Shown: positions 33,658 to 47,429 of the stretch, piece after piece
How the letters are laid out: the number at the start of each line of letters is the position of its first letter
Position numbering within the stretch: position 1 is the first letter of the stretch
DNA from: Leptogorgia sarmentosa
Taxonomy: Eukaryota
Length of the DNA: 64,000 bases
NCBI GenBank assembly: GCA_964658305.1
Contig: OZ210885.1
Location: 12,338,001 to 12,402,000, forward strand
Reading direction: 5' to 3'
Translations under genes and position numbers: made by a program
The notes under the pieces: generated by a model
Databases searched by the model: none
The model's input: only the letters and a program-made list of their open reading frames with translations
Told to the model about the DNA's origin: nothing

Positions 33658-35739
33658 AGGGGTTATACACCGGGACGTATCGAAGTTTTGGTTATTGGAG
33701 GTGTACAGTGATGTATTACATGAAAATAGAGCTAGCGTAGAAAATTACATGAAAGCGATTCCTGCAGGCATTCCCCCTTCGTCTATTTATTACATGATAG
33801 TGCACTAGGTACTCTCTACTTGGGCAGGGGCGTGGGTCGCCGAGTAAACATTTTTGAGAGCAAAGCAATAGAAATTAACTTTTAGCCTTAGCAAACTCCA
33901 ATATTGAACCCTCCTTTGACTATTTTAACGCTACAAACAACATCATCAGTTTCCAGTGGAAGTAACAAAAAAGCTGAATGTTATTTCTTGAATTTCCCCG
34001 CAGATTTGTTAACGTAAATATGACAATTCACACAACACATTCATCTATATCAATTTGTATTAAAGTATGCCCCATCCAATGTGCTCAGTATAGGGTAATG
34101 CCTTTTCCACTGATAAACGTTTTGAACAATGAACAACGACCTTAATACTAATAATCTTGCTATTATATGAAAAATTAGAAATGATTTTTAGGGTTATTTT
34201 CTAATATAACATGTAAAAAAGGAAGAAAAACAAAAATAATATACGAATTTGGGTAATTGACCTTCATGCAAGAGTTAAACTAGTAACATGGCTTTATGTT
34301 ATTGGTTTAATTATAACATGTAAGTTACACTGGCAATTAAATTTTTCTTTGTTCTTTGACTTTTATTAGTCTTTAAGCTGCATGCATATATTATGCAATA
34401 GGTTAACAATATAATAACACATTTATCAGTGATAAATAAATCTTTTGACGTAGATATTTATCATATTTAAAACATGCTAGAATTGTTGTAGCAACCCCTA
34501 CAGTAATATCAAACAATACTCTCCATAACACTATTTTTTAGTTGACAAAAATTTGATTTATACAGTAAGAATACTGATGCATAGATAATACACCTACAGT
34601 GTAATATACCACATATTCTTCCAATTTAAGTTATTTATAGCAACTAAATCAGTACTTCACTTCAGTCTTTAATTGTCCCTTTTTTCGATAACAATTTGCA
34701 TTTGCTTATTCATTGATGATATGTTGTTATACATAATCATAATATAAAATAATAATGTGTTATTATCACTACTAAGTGCTTGAGAATAATGTACATTTGA
34801 TTTATATGAATTCATGGTAAGAGAAATTAAATCTGAGTTATAAGACAATCTTGGATAAAAATAATGTAACCCCGTCCCCCAAGCAAGATTGTAGGTAGCT
34901 GTCACCAGGCATAGTTTGAAGTTGGAACACAAAGCCAAGAATGGTTTTGTTTGAAATAAACATTAAAAATTATTATAGTTGGAACACACCACCCTACTTT
35001 TCAGGCAACCTTGCCAGTGGTCAGTTTTGGGCAAACCAACAAGGGTGTCTTGGATAAATCGATTCATCCTGGGTCTTTTCACGAATGTGGTGCAAGATCT
35101 CATTGCATTTTTTACCCATTCCTTTGCATCACTTATGCCAACAATCTCGCCAAACGGACCATAACTGAATGACCAGTCATAATTATGTTGACACTTTGAA
35201 GTAACTGCTCCGTCTGTTGTTATCATTTCCTGGCTTGAAAGACAACTAAAATGAAAATGACATTTTCAATCATTTTGCCTTCAGATGGTTGATTATATTT
35301 CAGCGAAACCTAGCAATATATTTTTAGAGCATATATTCCATGACGTACAGAGGAATTTATTACTTTAAAATCTTGCAGTACCATGCATTGCTATCAAGCA
35401 ACTACCTTATTCGTACTTAATTTCGCGCGTACTTAATTTCGCGATTTTGTCGAAGCCATATTTAGCGAGACTTTATTTTCGCGATTTTGATGACCGAAAA
35501 TAGAAAAAGGCCATTAATTTTCGCGAAATACAGATTTTCAAAACCATCATTTATTGAATTGAATTTTCAATTGAATTTTATTGAATTTTAACTTTTATTG
35601 AAATTTATATATGTCGATGTCGGTAAAACGATATGCGAGCTGTACTAAACAATTATTGGATGTCTAGCCCTTTCTCTCTCAAAGTCATCATCTTAGTCCA
35701 CCCAACCCTTAAGGCTGTCGGTGTCAAATCTGTGTTGTA

Positions 35740-36010
35740 AAGCTAAATTGATAACGGACAAATAGCTCAATGAATGTAACCAAACCAGCAATATACGCTC
35801 CACCCTGACCACCCATCTAGTCCGATAAACATCTACGAGCCGTTTCTTCTGACTTTCCCTTTCAAAATAGTTGCGGACATTTTCCTCAAAAGCTATATTG
35901 CGTGTCTGGGAGATATTAATAAAATTTGATACATCTTTAACATGTTTCATCATAGTATTTATCTCAACAACAGTCAACGAATGAATTGAATTGATATTGC
36001 GTAATGCATT
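35740..36010 (-). pseudogene. hAT-family transposase fragment (THAP12/PRKRIR-like)
   Basis: MMKHVKDVSNFINISQTRNIAFEENV...KKRLVDVYRTRWVVRVE resembles the hAT L...C.TRW motif and the preceding helices. Isolated fragment next to a TTAATTTCGCG-repeat element end at ~35402-35530. Confidence 0.7.
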
Positions 36011-37050
36011 CCAGTTCGAACTTTTGACGTATCTTTTTTTATGCCTCGTGTGTTGTTGACAAGTTGAACAATGTCGCTGAGAGTTTTGTTTCACCGATTT
36101 TAACATCGATATATGTAAAATGTTACAGTTTATTAAAGCAATGAAATCGTCACATATGACCCTTGTCACCCCAATGGATCCGTAGCTACCTATCTTCACA
36201 ATGCCCTAAGTGCCCTGGTCTGTTACAAATGTGTTCGGTTATACAACTAATTGTAACTCCTTGTCTTGTTCACCAGCCATACTCCTCTGAAGGTACCTAC
36301 TACAGGAATTGCCTGAACAGAAGGTTGGTTTCATCTTTTCCCTAGTATTAAATACCACAACCATACCACGATACCATCCTACAACCATATCCACAATGCC
36401 TTTCTCTCACCTTTTACAGTTTTTAATTCACTACATTAATTGTAGAATTTATTTTTCACTTTTTAAATTGCGTGCACGTGGAATGTATAAACTTATTTGT
36501 ATATGTGTGTATCTGTGTTATATGCGTGTCTTCCTAAAAAACACCTCGCAGGACGGTCATAATTATAGAATATCGTGTTTTGGCCAATGGCCATTTACAA
36601 CATACGACGGCGATACACTACAACACGGACTGAACATTTTAAACACCTAGACAGACTATATAACAGAAAGAACTAAAGCATGTTAGTTTGAAACGTCCAA
36701 TTTATAGCAATTTAATAATTAATTAATTAGTTAATCCTATAACATCAGTGACGTGACATTATAAGTTAACATGCATGCGAGATAGCGAGATAGAACAAGA
36801 CCTGATTGCAAGCAGAGAGGACTATTACAGGCACACCGCTATTATATTGAAATCGATTCGGGCTAAGCAGCTATATTCAACGACCGTAGAGAGGAGACCA
36901 AATATAGTTTATTTGCCACCTTTAGTTCGAACTCGCACGACTGATGAACATTGAATCCATATCGAAATAAATATCTATCATTATCACATCCGTGCTATTG
37001 AGCTAAATCAACGAAGTTCGAAACTCCTCAACCCTCTCGGGAAACGCTAA

Positions 37051-37391
37051 GACCCCGTCCACACGTATACGGATACTTTTGAAACCGGAGGTTTTCGAAA
37101 ACGCTCTCCAGAGTGGAGACTTTCGAAAACGATGCTTTAGCGTTTACGTGTGGACGGGCGAAACCGGAGGCTTTCGAAAACGATGACGTAAAATCAGGCC
37201 TGTGATCGCCTAAACATCTCATATTACTGAGCAATTTGAGCAATGCGCATGCTCTACACCGAGCGCTATCAAATTTAATTTCCTCCGTGTAAACGATTCG
37301 AATACGCTACGTGTGTACGCGGCGAATTTTTTCATAAACGGAGGGAAAAGTCTCCGTTTTCAAAAGTATCCGGATACGTGTGGGCAGGGCC
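37051..37391. mobile_element. PIF/Harbinger-type MITE
   Basis: Imperfect TIRs GACCCCGTCCACACGTATACGGATACTTTTGAAA / TTTCAAAAGTATCCGGATACGTGTGGGCAGGGCC; TAA on both sides. Confidence 0.85.
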
Positions 37392-39224
37392 TAAGTCAAC
37401 CCCCTGTAGGTCCAAGAAGCGAAATTGGGGAAGCAAGATCAGCAAAGGCCTTCAAAGGCTAATACCCACAATACATGATCATAAAGCAGATCTAAATTAC
37501 CTACAACATCATTCAAAGGAAAGTCCAATGGGACTCTTTGATTATAAGAGAAAACAAACTCCGAAAATGAACATCTTGTAAACTCAAGATATGAGCTGCT
37601 ATCATTTCCTGAGTTTACAAGATGTTTATTTTCAGAGTTTGTTTTCTCTTATATTTCGCAAAATTGTCTGCTGGAAAAGGTTTTTAGATTCTTTGATTAT
37701 CAGTTCAACAATGAACGGTCCCTATAAACCCAGCGGTTACCACAGGATTAACCACCGAAAACGCTACGTAGAGGTCCTATAATCCAATTACCTATCTTTA
37801 TAACACAAAAAAAAACAGCTGACTCAAAAGAGCCATTCGATTTTGAACTTCAATACCGTACAGACATTTAATGTATGATGCCTTGAATCTGGGCTTTTCT
37901 TTCAAGTCTTTGGCCTTGGCTCGCGTTTCCTTTCCATATTATACGGCATATCTCAAGGAATGACTGATATCCAAATTCCGGGAATGCAGCAACAAGAAGC
38001 ACGTCAGCTAGATTTTTCGTATACGGCCTAATGATTTATTTCCGCTTTCGTTTTGAAACTAAATCAAGTCTTGGTATGGGAAAAAACACAGCTGTGGTTT
38101 TCGCTTGTAAAGTGAAATATGAATTGTCTGGCATTAGAATGTGTCCAAAGATAAAGTAGTACTGATCAAATTGTATTTTCAATTGAATGGGTAATTCATT
38201 TGATAAGAATCGCTTTCCCTTTGGTCAGTTCGTAATATCATCTGACATCAGAGTAAAATAATAAAGTACATGATGGATCGGAGTTAATGAGTTCAAGCAT
38301 TGACAATCAAGGTCATCTGCTTCAGTACCAATAAACATTTCCATCATGCACTAATGTAACCCAGAGGTATTCACGAGAGGCTTTGGGAGATTGGCGATAT
38401 ATTCTGGTTTACTATTTTATAGCTTGATTTCCACACCTATTTTTATTCCGAGTTAATCTATGACACTATATGGTATCTATTACTAATTTTGAATGTTTTT
38501 TAAGTCATAATTTTACAGTTACACCAACTAATTAAACTATTACAGCCAGGCAAAATGATGTGCAATGCAATTTATAATTAACACAAGTCGTACGTAGTAG
38601 AAAGAGGCCATAGTCAACTGTGAGGAAATTAAACTGCGTATTTTAACCCCCTTTCGATACTCTTGATTGAAGTTTTATTTGTTTCCCAGGCAACATGCCA
38701 TGTATTTTCAACGTGTCAGGTTTCAATATTTTCTCGCATTGCTCTTGGCATACGTGCAGCGTAATGCTTTATTTCCGCTTTCATTTTCAAACTAAAAGAA
38801 GATTATCTATTTGGGATCCAAAGTCTTTACACTTTTATGTTTAGTACTTTGAACGTAAAGTCCGTACGATATAGCACAAGAAAAGATTTATTCAAAATGT
38901 TGCGATAGACATACTCAAATAAAGGTAAGAAACATAATATTTCTAGTGTCAATTAGCCAACGCGATTATTGTGGAATGCAGACTGTGTACACTCGCAAAT
39001 GCCTTTGGAATGTGGTGCAAAATTATCTTCAAATATGCTATACAATACGAGAAACATGAATTGTTTTAAGATGGATAAATGTATGGATTCGAATTGAATA
39101 TTTTCCCGTTTCAGCGTGTTATATAATGCTATACCTACACATGTTATTGTTATAGCTTGCATAACCATAAGACAAGGCAAAAGCACAGACAAGGTCTACT
39201 CATATTTATTGAAATATGCAATAC

Positions 39225-42200
39225 GAGACATGACTCAGAATGATTTGGAAGTATTTGCAAAAATATTGTAGGTGTTAAAACTGAAAAGGTTAACCTAAAA
39301 TAATTTTTACATATCGCTCCTATGTAATGCACTGATATAATGACTGATTATTAGTGTGAAATTTCATAATATGCGCTGAAATATTCTCACTGTAATGATG
39401 TGAGATATCTGCAGATTCACCTACAAGTATCAGTTGCCTTTGTTCGTGTAAATCACCGAAAGGTCTTGATCCTGATTTATAGATTCATAGATTTACTATA
39501 CACAGATTTATAGTAAATGTACATAATGTTTCTGCCAGACCAGGTCACTGAACTTGAGCAGCATGCTATATTTTTACGGTTTCGAAGTTACCATCTCAAG
39601 AAGGAACGAAGTGGGCTGTGTGCTAAGACACCCGCGAGAGTAATTAATGTGGAAATTGTAAGTTGGTTCGAATGATGAATTGGAATCACTGAGAAATGAC
39701 TTTAAATTTGATAAATTTATATAATATGCACAACGCAGACGTAAATCAGGGTTTAATCAGCTGCGATACAAAAATGCGGAACTTTATGGACTTATGAACC
39801 TCGAGGTAGGCTTAGTCGGACTAGAAGATTTAGCAGTTCCGCTTATAAATGAATAACGTGATTGATAGACGACATTGAATGAGTGGTTATTTTCCATCCC
39901 TAAGTGCAGCTATTGGAGTGAGCATTCATGTTGCCTTAAAGACGTTTTATGCGCTTCATGCAATTCAAAACATTTCGGTTGCTAGCTCGCTGTGTCAGTC
40001 TAGCACATTATGAACACAATTCGTATCAAATATCATTATTTCATTTCATATGTGTCGCGGCTTCAAAGAAATGTTCCCAATGCGAATTTTCCATAACAGC
40101 TACGGCCTCATTCTTTTGGACACCACTACATTTATTACAATCACCAAAATATTTATTACATCGTTTTTCTGTTTTGCTTTATCTCACATCACTGAAAAGA
40201 TCGTAGCTACAATAATATCATGCATACTTGACCTTCAAAGCCATTGAGATTAGCTATTGTGCGCAAAGACGCGTTGAGACAGATATTTGCCAGATGTAAT
40301 GTTTTAGCTTGCCACTCAAGTGATATTGTAGTGAGGATTCAAAGTTGAAAAATACGTTGATCAAGATTTGGCAGATTTGCGTATGAAATTTGTTTCACAT
40401 TAAGTTAGAATGAGTAAAAAAGAAAGTGGTTTCCATTTGACAAGTAAAATTGTAGGGCATCAGAAAATGTGAATAATACGACCTATCAAGATGGATTGCA
40501 ATTTAATGAGTTTACTCATGGGTTCACCACGCGTTCTTCTTCTCAATTAAATTCATAGAAGATCATTATTATGGAACAAAAATCTTTACGCTTTTATGTT
40601 TCGTACTTTTACACGGTAAAGACTGTACGTTATGACATAAAACGATATTTGCTGTATTAAAAATATTTCGATCGAAATGTAACATTCCTAGCTTGACTCG
40701 GCCAATGCGATTACTGCGGAATGCAGACTGCGTGTACTCGCGGATATTTTCCTATGCCTTTGCAATGTAGAGTAGAATACAAAGTCTTTAAAAATATCAT
40801 ACGAGAAATTCGAACTATTTTCTACAAGCGCAGCAGAGCCCATGGCCCAGAGTGGGCTGTAGCTTCCTCAATTTTTTGCTGGGTTATAATATGCTAACAA
40901 GAATATAGTAAGACTGTATAATCCACGCTTACAAATCGAAGGGATTACCGATCAAGAATTCCACACAAAATTGTTTATGCTGAGCAGGTTTTGCGTTATA
41001 TTTTGCACGATACTATCTATACTGATCCGCAGTGAATGTGCAGAAATTAAAAATCATATTCTGGTATATCAAGTGAAGTTTAAGTTGCGCGCTGTAGTTA
41101 GGAGACATGACTCAGAATGATTTGTAAGTATTTGCAGCAATATATAGTAGGTCTAGTAGGTTTTAATACTGAAAAGGTTAACCTAACATAATTTTTACAT
41201 ATCGCTCATACATAATGCACTGATATAAAGACTGATTATTAGTGTGAAATTTCATAATATGCGCTGAAATATTCTCACTGTTATGATGTGAGATATCTGC
41301 TGATTCACCTACAAATATCAGTTGCCTTTGTTCGTGTAATTCACCGAAAGGTCTTGATCCTGATTTCTAGATTCATAGATTTACTATACACAGATTTATA
41401 GTAAATGTACATACAGATAATGTTTCTGCCAGACCAGGTCTCTGAACTTGAGCAGCATGCTATATTTTTACGGTTTCGAAGTTACCATCTCAAGAAGGAA
41501 CGAAGTGGGTTGTGTGCTAAGACAGCCGCGAGTGTATCAAATTTTAGAAAATTGGATTATATTTTATAGTGACGTTGGACGTTGGTTCGAATGATGAATT
41601 AAATTACTGAGAAATGCCTGTAAATTTGATAAATTAATATATGCACAACGCAGACGTATATCAGTGTTTGAAAAGCTGCGATACAAAAACGCGGAACTTT
41701 ATGGACTTATGGAGGTTGAGGTAGGCTTAGGAAATGAGCCAGACTAGAAGATTTAGCAGTTCCACTTATAAATGAATAACGTGATTGATAGAGACGACAT
41801 TGAATGAGTGGTTATTTTCCATCCCTAAGTGCAGCTATTGAGGTGAGCATTCAAGTTGCCTTAAAGACGTTTTATGCGCTTCATGTAATTCAAAACATTT
41901 CGGTTGCTAGCTCGCTGTGTCAGTCTAGCACATTATAAACACAATTCGTATCGAATATCAGTATTTCATTTCATATGAGTCGCGGCTTCAAAGAAATGTT
42001 CCCAATGCCAATTTTCCATAACAACTACGGCCTCATTCTTTTGGACACCACTACATTTATTACAATCACCAAAACATTTATTACATCGTTTTTCTGTTTT
42101 GCTTTATCTCACATCACTGAAAAGATCGTAGCTACAATAATATCAAACATACTTGACCTCCAAAGCCATTGAGATTAGCTATTGTGCGCAAAGACGCGTT

Positions 42201-43538
42201 GAGACAGATATTTGCCAGATGTAATGTTTTAGCTTGCCACTCAAGTGATACTGTAGTGAGGATTTTAACTTGAAAAATACGTTGATCAAGATCTGCGTAT
42301 GAAATTTGTTTCACATTAAGTTAGGATGAGTAAAAAAGAAAGTGGTTTCCATTTGACAAATAAAATTGTATGGCATCAGAAAATGTGAATAATAATTAAT
42401 ATGACCTACAGTATCAAGATGGATTGCAATTTAGTGTGTTTACTCATGGGTTCACCACGCGTTCTTCTTCGCAATTAAATTCATAGAAGATCATTGTTAT
42501 GGAACAAAAATCTTTACGCTTTTATGTTTCGTACTTTTCCACGGTAAAGACTGTACGTTATGACATAAAACGATATTTGCTGTATTAAAAATATTTCGAT
42601 CGAAATGTAACATTCCTAGCTTGACTCGGCCAATGCGATTACTGCGGAATGCAGACTGCGTGTACTCGCGGATATTTTCCTATGCCTTTGCAATATAGAG
42701 TAAAATACAGACTCTTTAAAAATATCATACGAGAAATTGAACTATTTTCTACAAGCGCAGCAGAGCCCATGGCCCAGAGTGGGCTGTAGCTTCCTCAATT
42801 TTTTGCTGGCTTATAACATGCTAACAAGAATATAGTAAGACTGTTTATAATATAAGTAGGGTAAAATCTGCAACGTGATTGGCTAATGAGCGTGCATTAT
42901 AACAGCGTAATGCACGCATCTAGCTATTAAATTTCTCCCGCGACTTTCTGCTTTGACAAAGAGACAATAAAAATACATATATACTAAAAATACATCCATA
43001 AAAAACGCTTGAATTGTTTGCTTTCGCTCAGCTAAAGGAATAAAGCTGTGTTGCTGCTTGGCAACATTTGAGAACACGCTTGATTACATGTAAAGAGAAT
43101 TTTAATTTTGATCTTCCTAACGAAGTTTTTTTGTTGCGCTAATATTCTCTTATATTATAAAAGAAATAGAAAAACTCGTCGCGTGCCATTATGCTGTTAT
43201 AATTGCACTCGGGCAATGTTGTGAGAATACTCGAGAATCGCGTAAAACACTCGGCTACGCCTCGTGTTTTACGCGATTCTCTCGTATTCTCCCAACATTT
43301 CCCTCGTGCATTATAACAGCATAATGGCACGCGACTCGTTATCTATTTCTTAAATAATCCACGCTTACGAATCGAATTGATTACCGATCAAGAATGGCAC
43401 GCAAAATTGCTTATGCTGAGCAGGTTTCGCGTTATATTTTGCGCGATACTATCTATACTGATCCGCAGTGAATGTGCAAAAATTAAAAATCATATTCTGG
43501 TATTTCAGATGAAGTTTAAGTTGCTCGCTGTAGTTAGG
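39225..43538 (+). repeat. Tandem duplication of a ~1.9-kb unit (39225-41101 / 41102-43538); more diverged partial copy at ~38820-39060
   Basis: Both copies begin GAGACATGACTCAGAATGATTTG and end GCTGTAGTTAGGA. They are colinear with scattered substitutions; copy 2 carries a 509-bp insertion. Confidence 0.93.
42845..43353 (+). mobile_element. Hairpin-ended non-autonomous element, family C (absent from the paralogous copy)
   Basis: Empty site at 40917/40918 in the other tandem copy. Inverted repeat TTATAATATAAG (42845) / CTTATATTATAA (~43149). TGATTGGCT near the left end; ~190-nt hairpin 43161-43351. Confidence 0.88.
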
Positions 43539-46199
43539 ATAAAAATTTAGAGATTGTAATGGGGGTAGTATCGCATAGCTCTTGGCTACGTAGACTGTGA
43601 TTAATCTCCACTTTCATTTTGAGCCTCCAAGATGATATTTTAGAGCAGAGGTCTTAGTGAAATGTGGGCAACTGTGATGTATTTAGTGAAATAGAGGCAG
43701 CAAAAGTCATAACTCTACCTGAATTTCACAAACGACATTTTAACATTTTAAGCCTTAGATAGATGTGTTACCGTCATTTTCTCTTTGTATACAATATGGT
43801 TATAAAATATGTTTGACTTTCACGTCTGATGGTAGCACGATAGAGAAATCGAAGTGACATATTGATAGAAACTAAAGGAAAATTCAAGGAATTTTAAAAC
43901 TCTTTTCCAAGGCATTCTCAAGCTCTCGCAGGCTGAATTTTAATCTGCCGGAAATTGAAAGGGTTTCCCCTTTTCTCAAGCCATGTTCTGATTACACTCA
44001 TGAATTTTAGGCTTTTAGCCAGTCTGTGCTTTATTGTAGCAGTGAGTTTCATGTATTTCGTTCTCTGTCAATATAATCGCAATCATACTACATTGACGAA
44101 TATTTGAAAGTGGGACAGGGGATAACAAACGAGGTGAGTTTGATTTAAATGTCTAGTAAACCAAAGAAATTCCCGTAGTATTTGCCGTCACAGAGCTGCG
44201 AAGATGCCGTGTGTTAGGAAAGCAATATACCCGTTGAAAGGAAAATACGTTAGACATGAACGACACAAATGACGGAACAAATATATCCAACCGTAATAAG
44301 TTTACAAATAGGTATAATATGCTCGAAATAATGAACGAACTGCGAAGGACCAAAGCCGGAAGCTAAATCTTCATGCTGTACGTTTATATTTTGCCATACA
44401 TGATTGTATTGATTGCCATTTCAAGCGAGTTTATATCCCTATCAGAATTTATTTGCTGAAAACTCCACCAAAACCTAAAAGTTTTCGCTCTGTTAACACG
44501 GAATTGTTCAATACTGATATTACTAATGCTAATAGAAATTGCTCACGAGGGGAATATGGCTTACTAAGCAAGATTTGCTTACCAATATTTATAGCTGCAT
44601 TTCATATGACAAGGTTACAATCATGATTTAATATTAGTGAAATAATATCAGCAATTACGTTGGCTGATAGAAGTCTATCAAAATTCACCTTCTCATTAAA
44701 CAGGGTGCTCATAACAATATATACTGTACACTTTGGTGAATTCAGTGGCTAATTTTGTCCCCTTCATTAATGATTTTTCCTACAGCTTCTCTAAGGCATT
44801 CCAACCCATTCCATACAAATTTCTTGGCAGTGACTAAGCCAAGCTGTGTTCAGGCATACATTAATAAATGAAATAGAAACTCTAACCCTATCATCATTGA
44901 CTTTATACTGTAGTACAGCATGCATCAAGTTGTATATTGCATCAGTAGTTTGTGACCTAGCTGGTGATTCCTAGCATGGCAAATAAGTCCAGAGCATTCC
45001 CTGTTACACAGGGCCTTCACTTGCTCTAAAAACACCACCAAAGCCTCTAGCTTTTGCTCTGCTAACCCACATTCTTTCAGTACAATTATATTGTGCTTAA
45101 TATAAATTTGTTAAATTGTAAAGACAATTCTATTATTTGCCCAGCAAACAAGTTTTGTGTTACATATATTTATAACTGTTTTATACCACAAGAATTCAAT
45201 CATGTTTTGATATTACAAGGATGTTAACCTCCTGGGCTGATGAATTAAATTACAATCCCTTCAAGATTTATTAGTAGCAGGGACACAATATGTCACCCCC
45301 ATATTACATGCATTTTGCTTCTCTTTAAAAAGATCAAAAAGTAAAAACTACATAACCAGAAATTGACAAAAAGACATTTTGGAGCATTTTAATACATTGC
45401 TGCATATTATTGTGCCTTGTAAATGTAGCATATGTGATGATTGTTTCTCCATATAGCATATATAATTTGCTTGACAATTGGTTTTGTTATTTTTTTCAAT
45501 AACTACTCTTGCGGTACTTGAGCTGCTCTCTAGATGTGTAATATTAGACAGTTGTGATTAGTTCAGCTGCTAAAATGCAGCATTACCGTGGCACACTATA
45601 TGGTTTTTTGCCAGCACTTTGTAGCATTTATTGTCACACTTATCAGTTTAGTGAAATTATTTACTAATTACGGCAAAGTGTTTTGAAACTCAACTTCCAT
45701 TGCCAACAAGCAGTGTGTTCATGTAGATATATTTGAATGCTTGCAGTGGACAGGAAACGTGATTGAATGTATTCCTATACTTGAATATAAATATATCATA
45801 CTAAGAAATATAAAACACAGCAATAAATGCACGTTTAAATGCACATCAGCTTTCTAACAATCTCTCAAAGTACTGTCTCTGTCTGGTTTTGAGTAATTTC
45901 ACTGATGAAGAGTTTTTTAGGTTCTTCAATCGACTGTTTTAAATACACTGTAACGATAGTAAATAATTTTGGCACCTCAATATTGGAATTTCTGAAGATT
46001 CCAGCCTTATTTATTCCACCCTGAAGAATTTCTGCACGTGAAGTGTTTCTGATCCACCCCACTGAAATATCTGCAACATTTGATCAAAGCTGGTGGAATT
46101 TCTACAACTCCCTGCATTATGTGCTTTTGAAAATTCCTTCAGAATTTTTGGAATTTTGAAAATTGATGAACTTGAGACATTAGACATTAACACATTAAG

Positions 46200-46452
46200 C
46201 AGTGGCACCGGCACGATTTTATTTTGGGTTCAAATACAAAATTTGTGAAGTCGGGCCTTGCTAAAAGGTCTGGGAATTTTTTCTACATACCCTCAATGAA
46301 AAATTATGGGTTATCTGAAATGGAAGACAATTATACTTCGTGGAAAACTTGATAATCTCCTACTGGTCTTTTTTCTCTATCAAAATTATACCTAGAAAAA
46401 TATTGGGGGGGGGTGGCTGGCCCCCCTTGCCCCCCTTCCTGGCGCCACTACC
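46200..46452. mobile_element. MITE-like element
   Basis: Imperfect TIRs CAGTGGCACC.G / CTGGCGCCACTA with poly-G and poly-C subterminal tract. Confidence 0.45.
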
Positions 46453-47429
46453 ATTAAGTTGTAGCACTGTGAGTAAAATGATCTGGTTTGAAAATGAATA
46501 AAATAATAGTGCAAAATGTGCCAGGGCCATTGCTAGCTTGACTGGTTAGCGAAAAGTGTTGGCAGATTTTTTGGTTTGCTCACTGAACAGAGGGTGCATT
46601 GCCTTGTTGAGTAAATATATAAAATATATGTAATATTAACTACATTAGCAACCTGGAGAAGTTCTACTCACTGCCTAAAAGATACAATAAGATTCAACGT
46701 TTCGAGCAAAGGCCCTTTATTGCGTTTAGCCTGTTTGTATACTTGTAAATGAAAATATGAAAACAAAAGGACACATGATAAAATAAAAACCAATCAGACA
46801 GATTTATAGAAAACAAGGAGTAAACGAAAATGCAAATGATACTATATTAAATTTCCCCATTACATTTACTGTATATGGGAAAACTGGAAGAAAGTTAAGG
46901 AGAAGATTTGGCGAACGTTGTCATGCAGTTAGTGCCAACGATGTAAACAAACCTGTGGCCAGATATTTTAATTCTGGTAGTCATATTCCAGCCCTCTGTC
47001 TCATTTCTGTTAGCATGCAACGACAGCGGCAATAAGCCGCGCCCTTTTTTTCTCTTCATGAGAAATGGGAAAATTAGAGGGTTGAGGTAGTTCGCCAAAC
47101 AGTTGGGTAAATTTATTGGGGGTCGCCTCTTCTTTTCGTGGTCATACCGTGAAACAGGGGCATCGCCCGGTTGTTGAACGGGGGGGGGGGACGATGAGCA
47201 TCGAGGACGTGATATTTCCAGGGTGATTTGGGGGCATACCCCCGGAAAAAATGTTTGATTTCTGGGACCTCTAAAACGCTGTTTTTAGGATTTTCATGCC
47301 GGTATATTGATAATCTAAAAGTCACATATCGCACTTTTGTTCCAACAAAGACCGTAAAAGCTGCTAAGCACCTATTGTTAAATAATAACTGGTCACACGT
47401 TCGAGTACATATATAACAAAGCTAACTCT

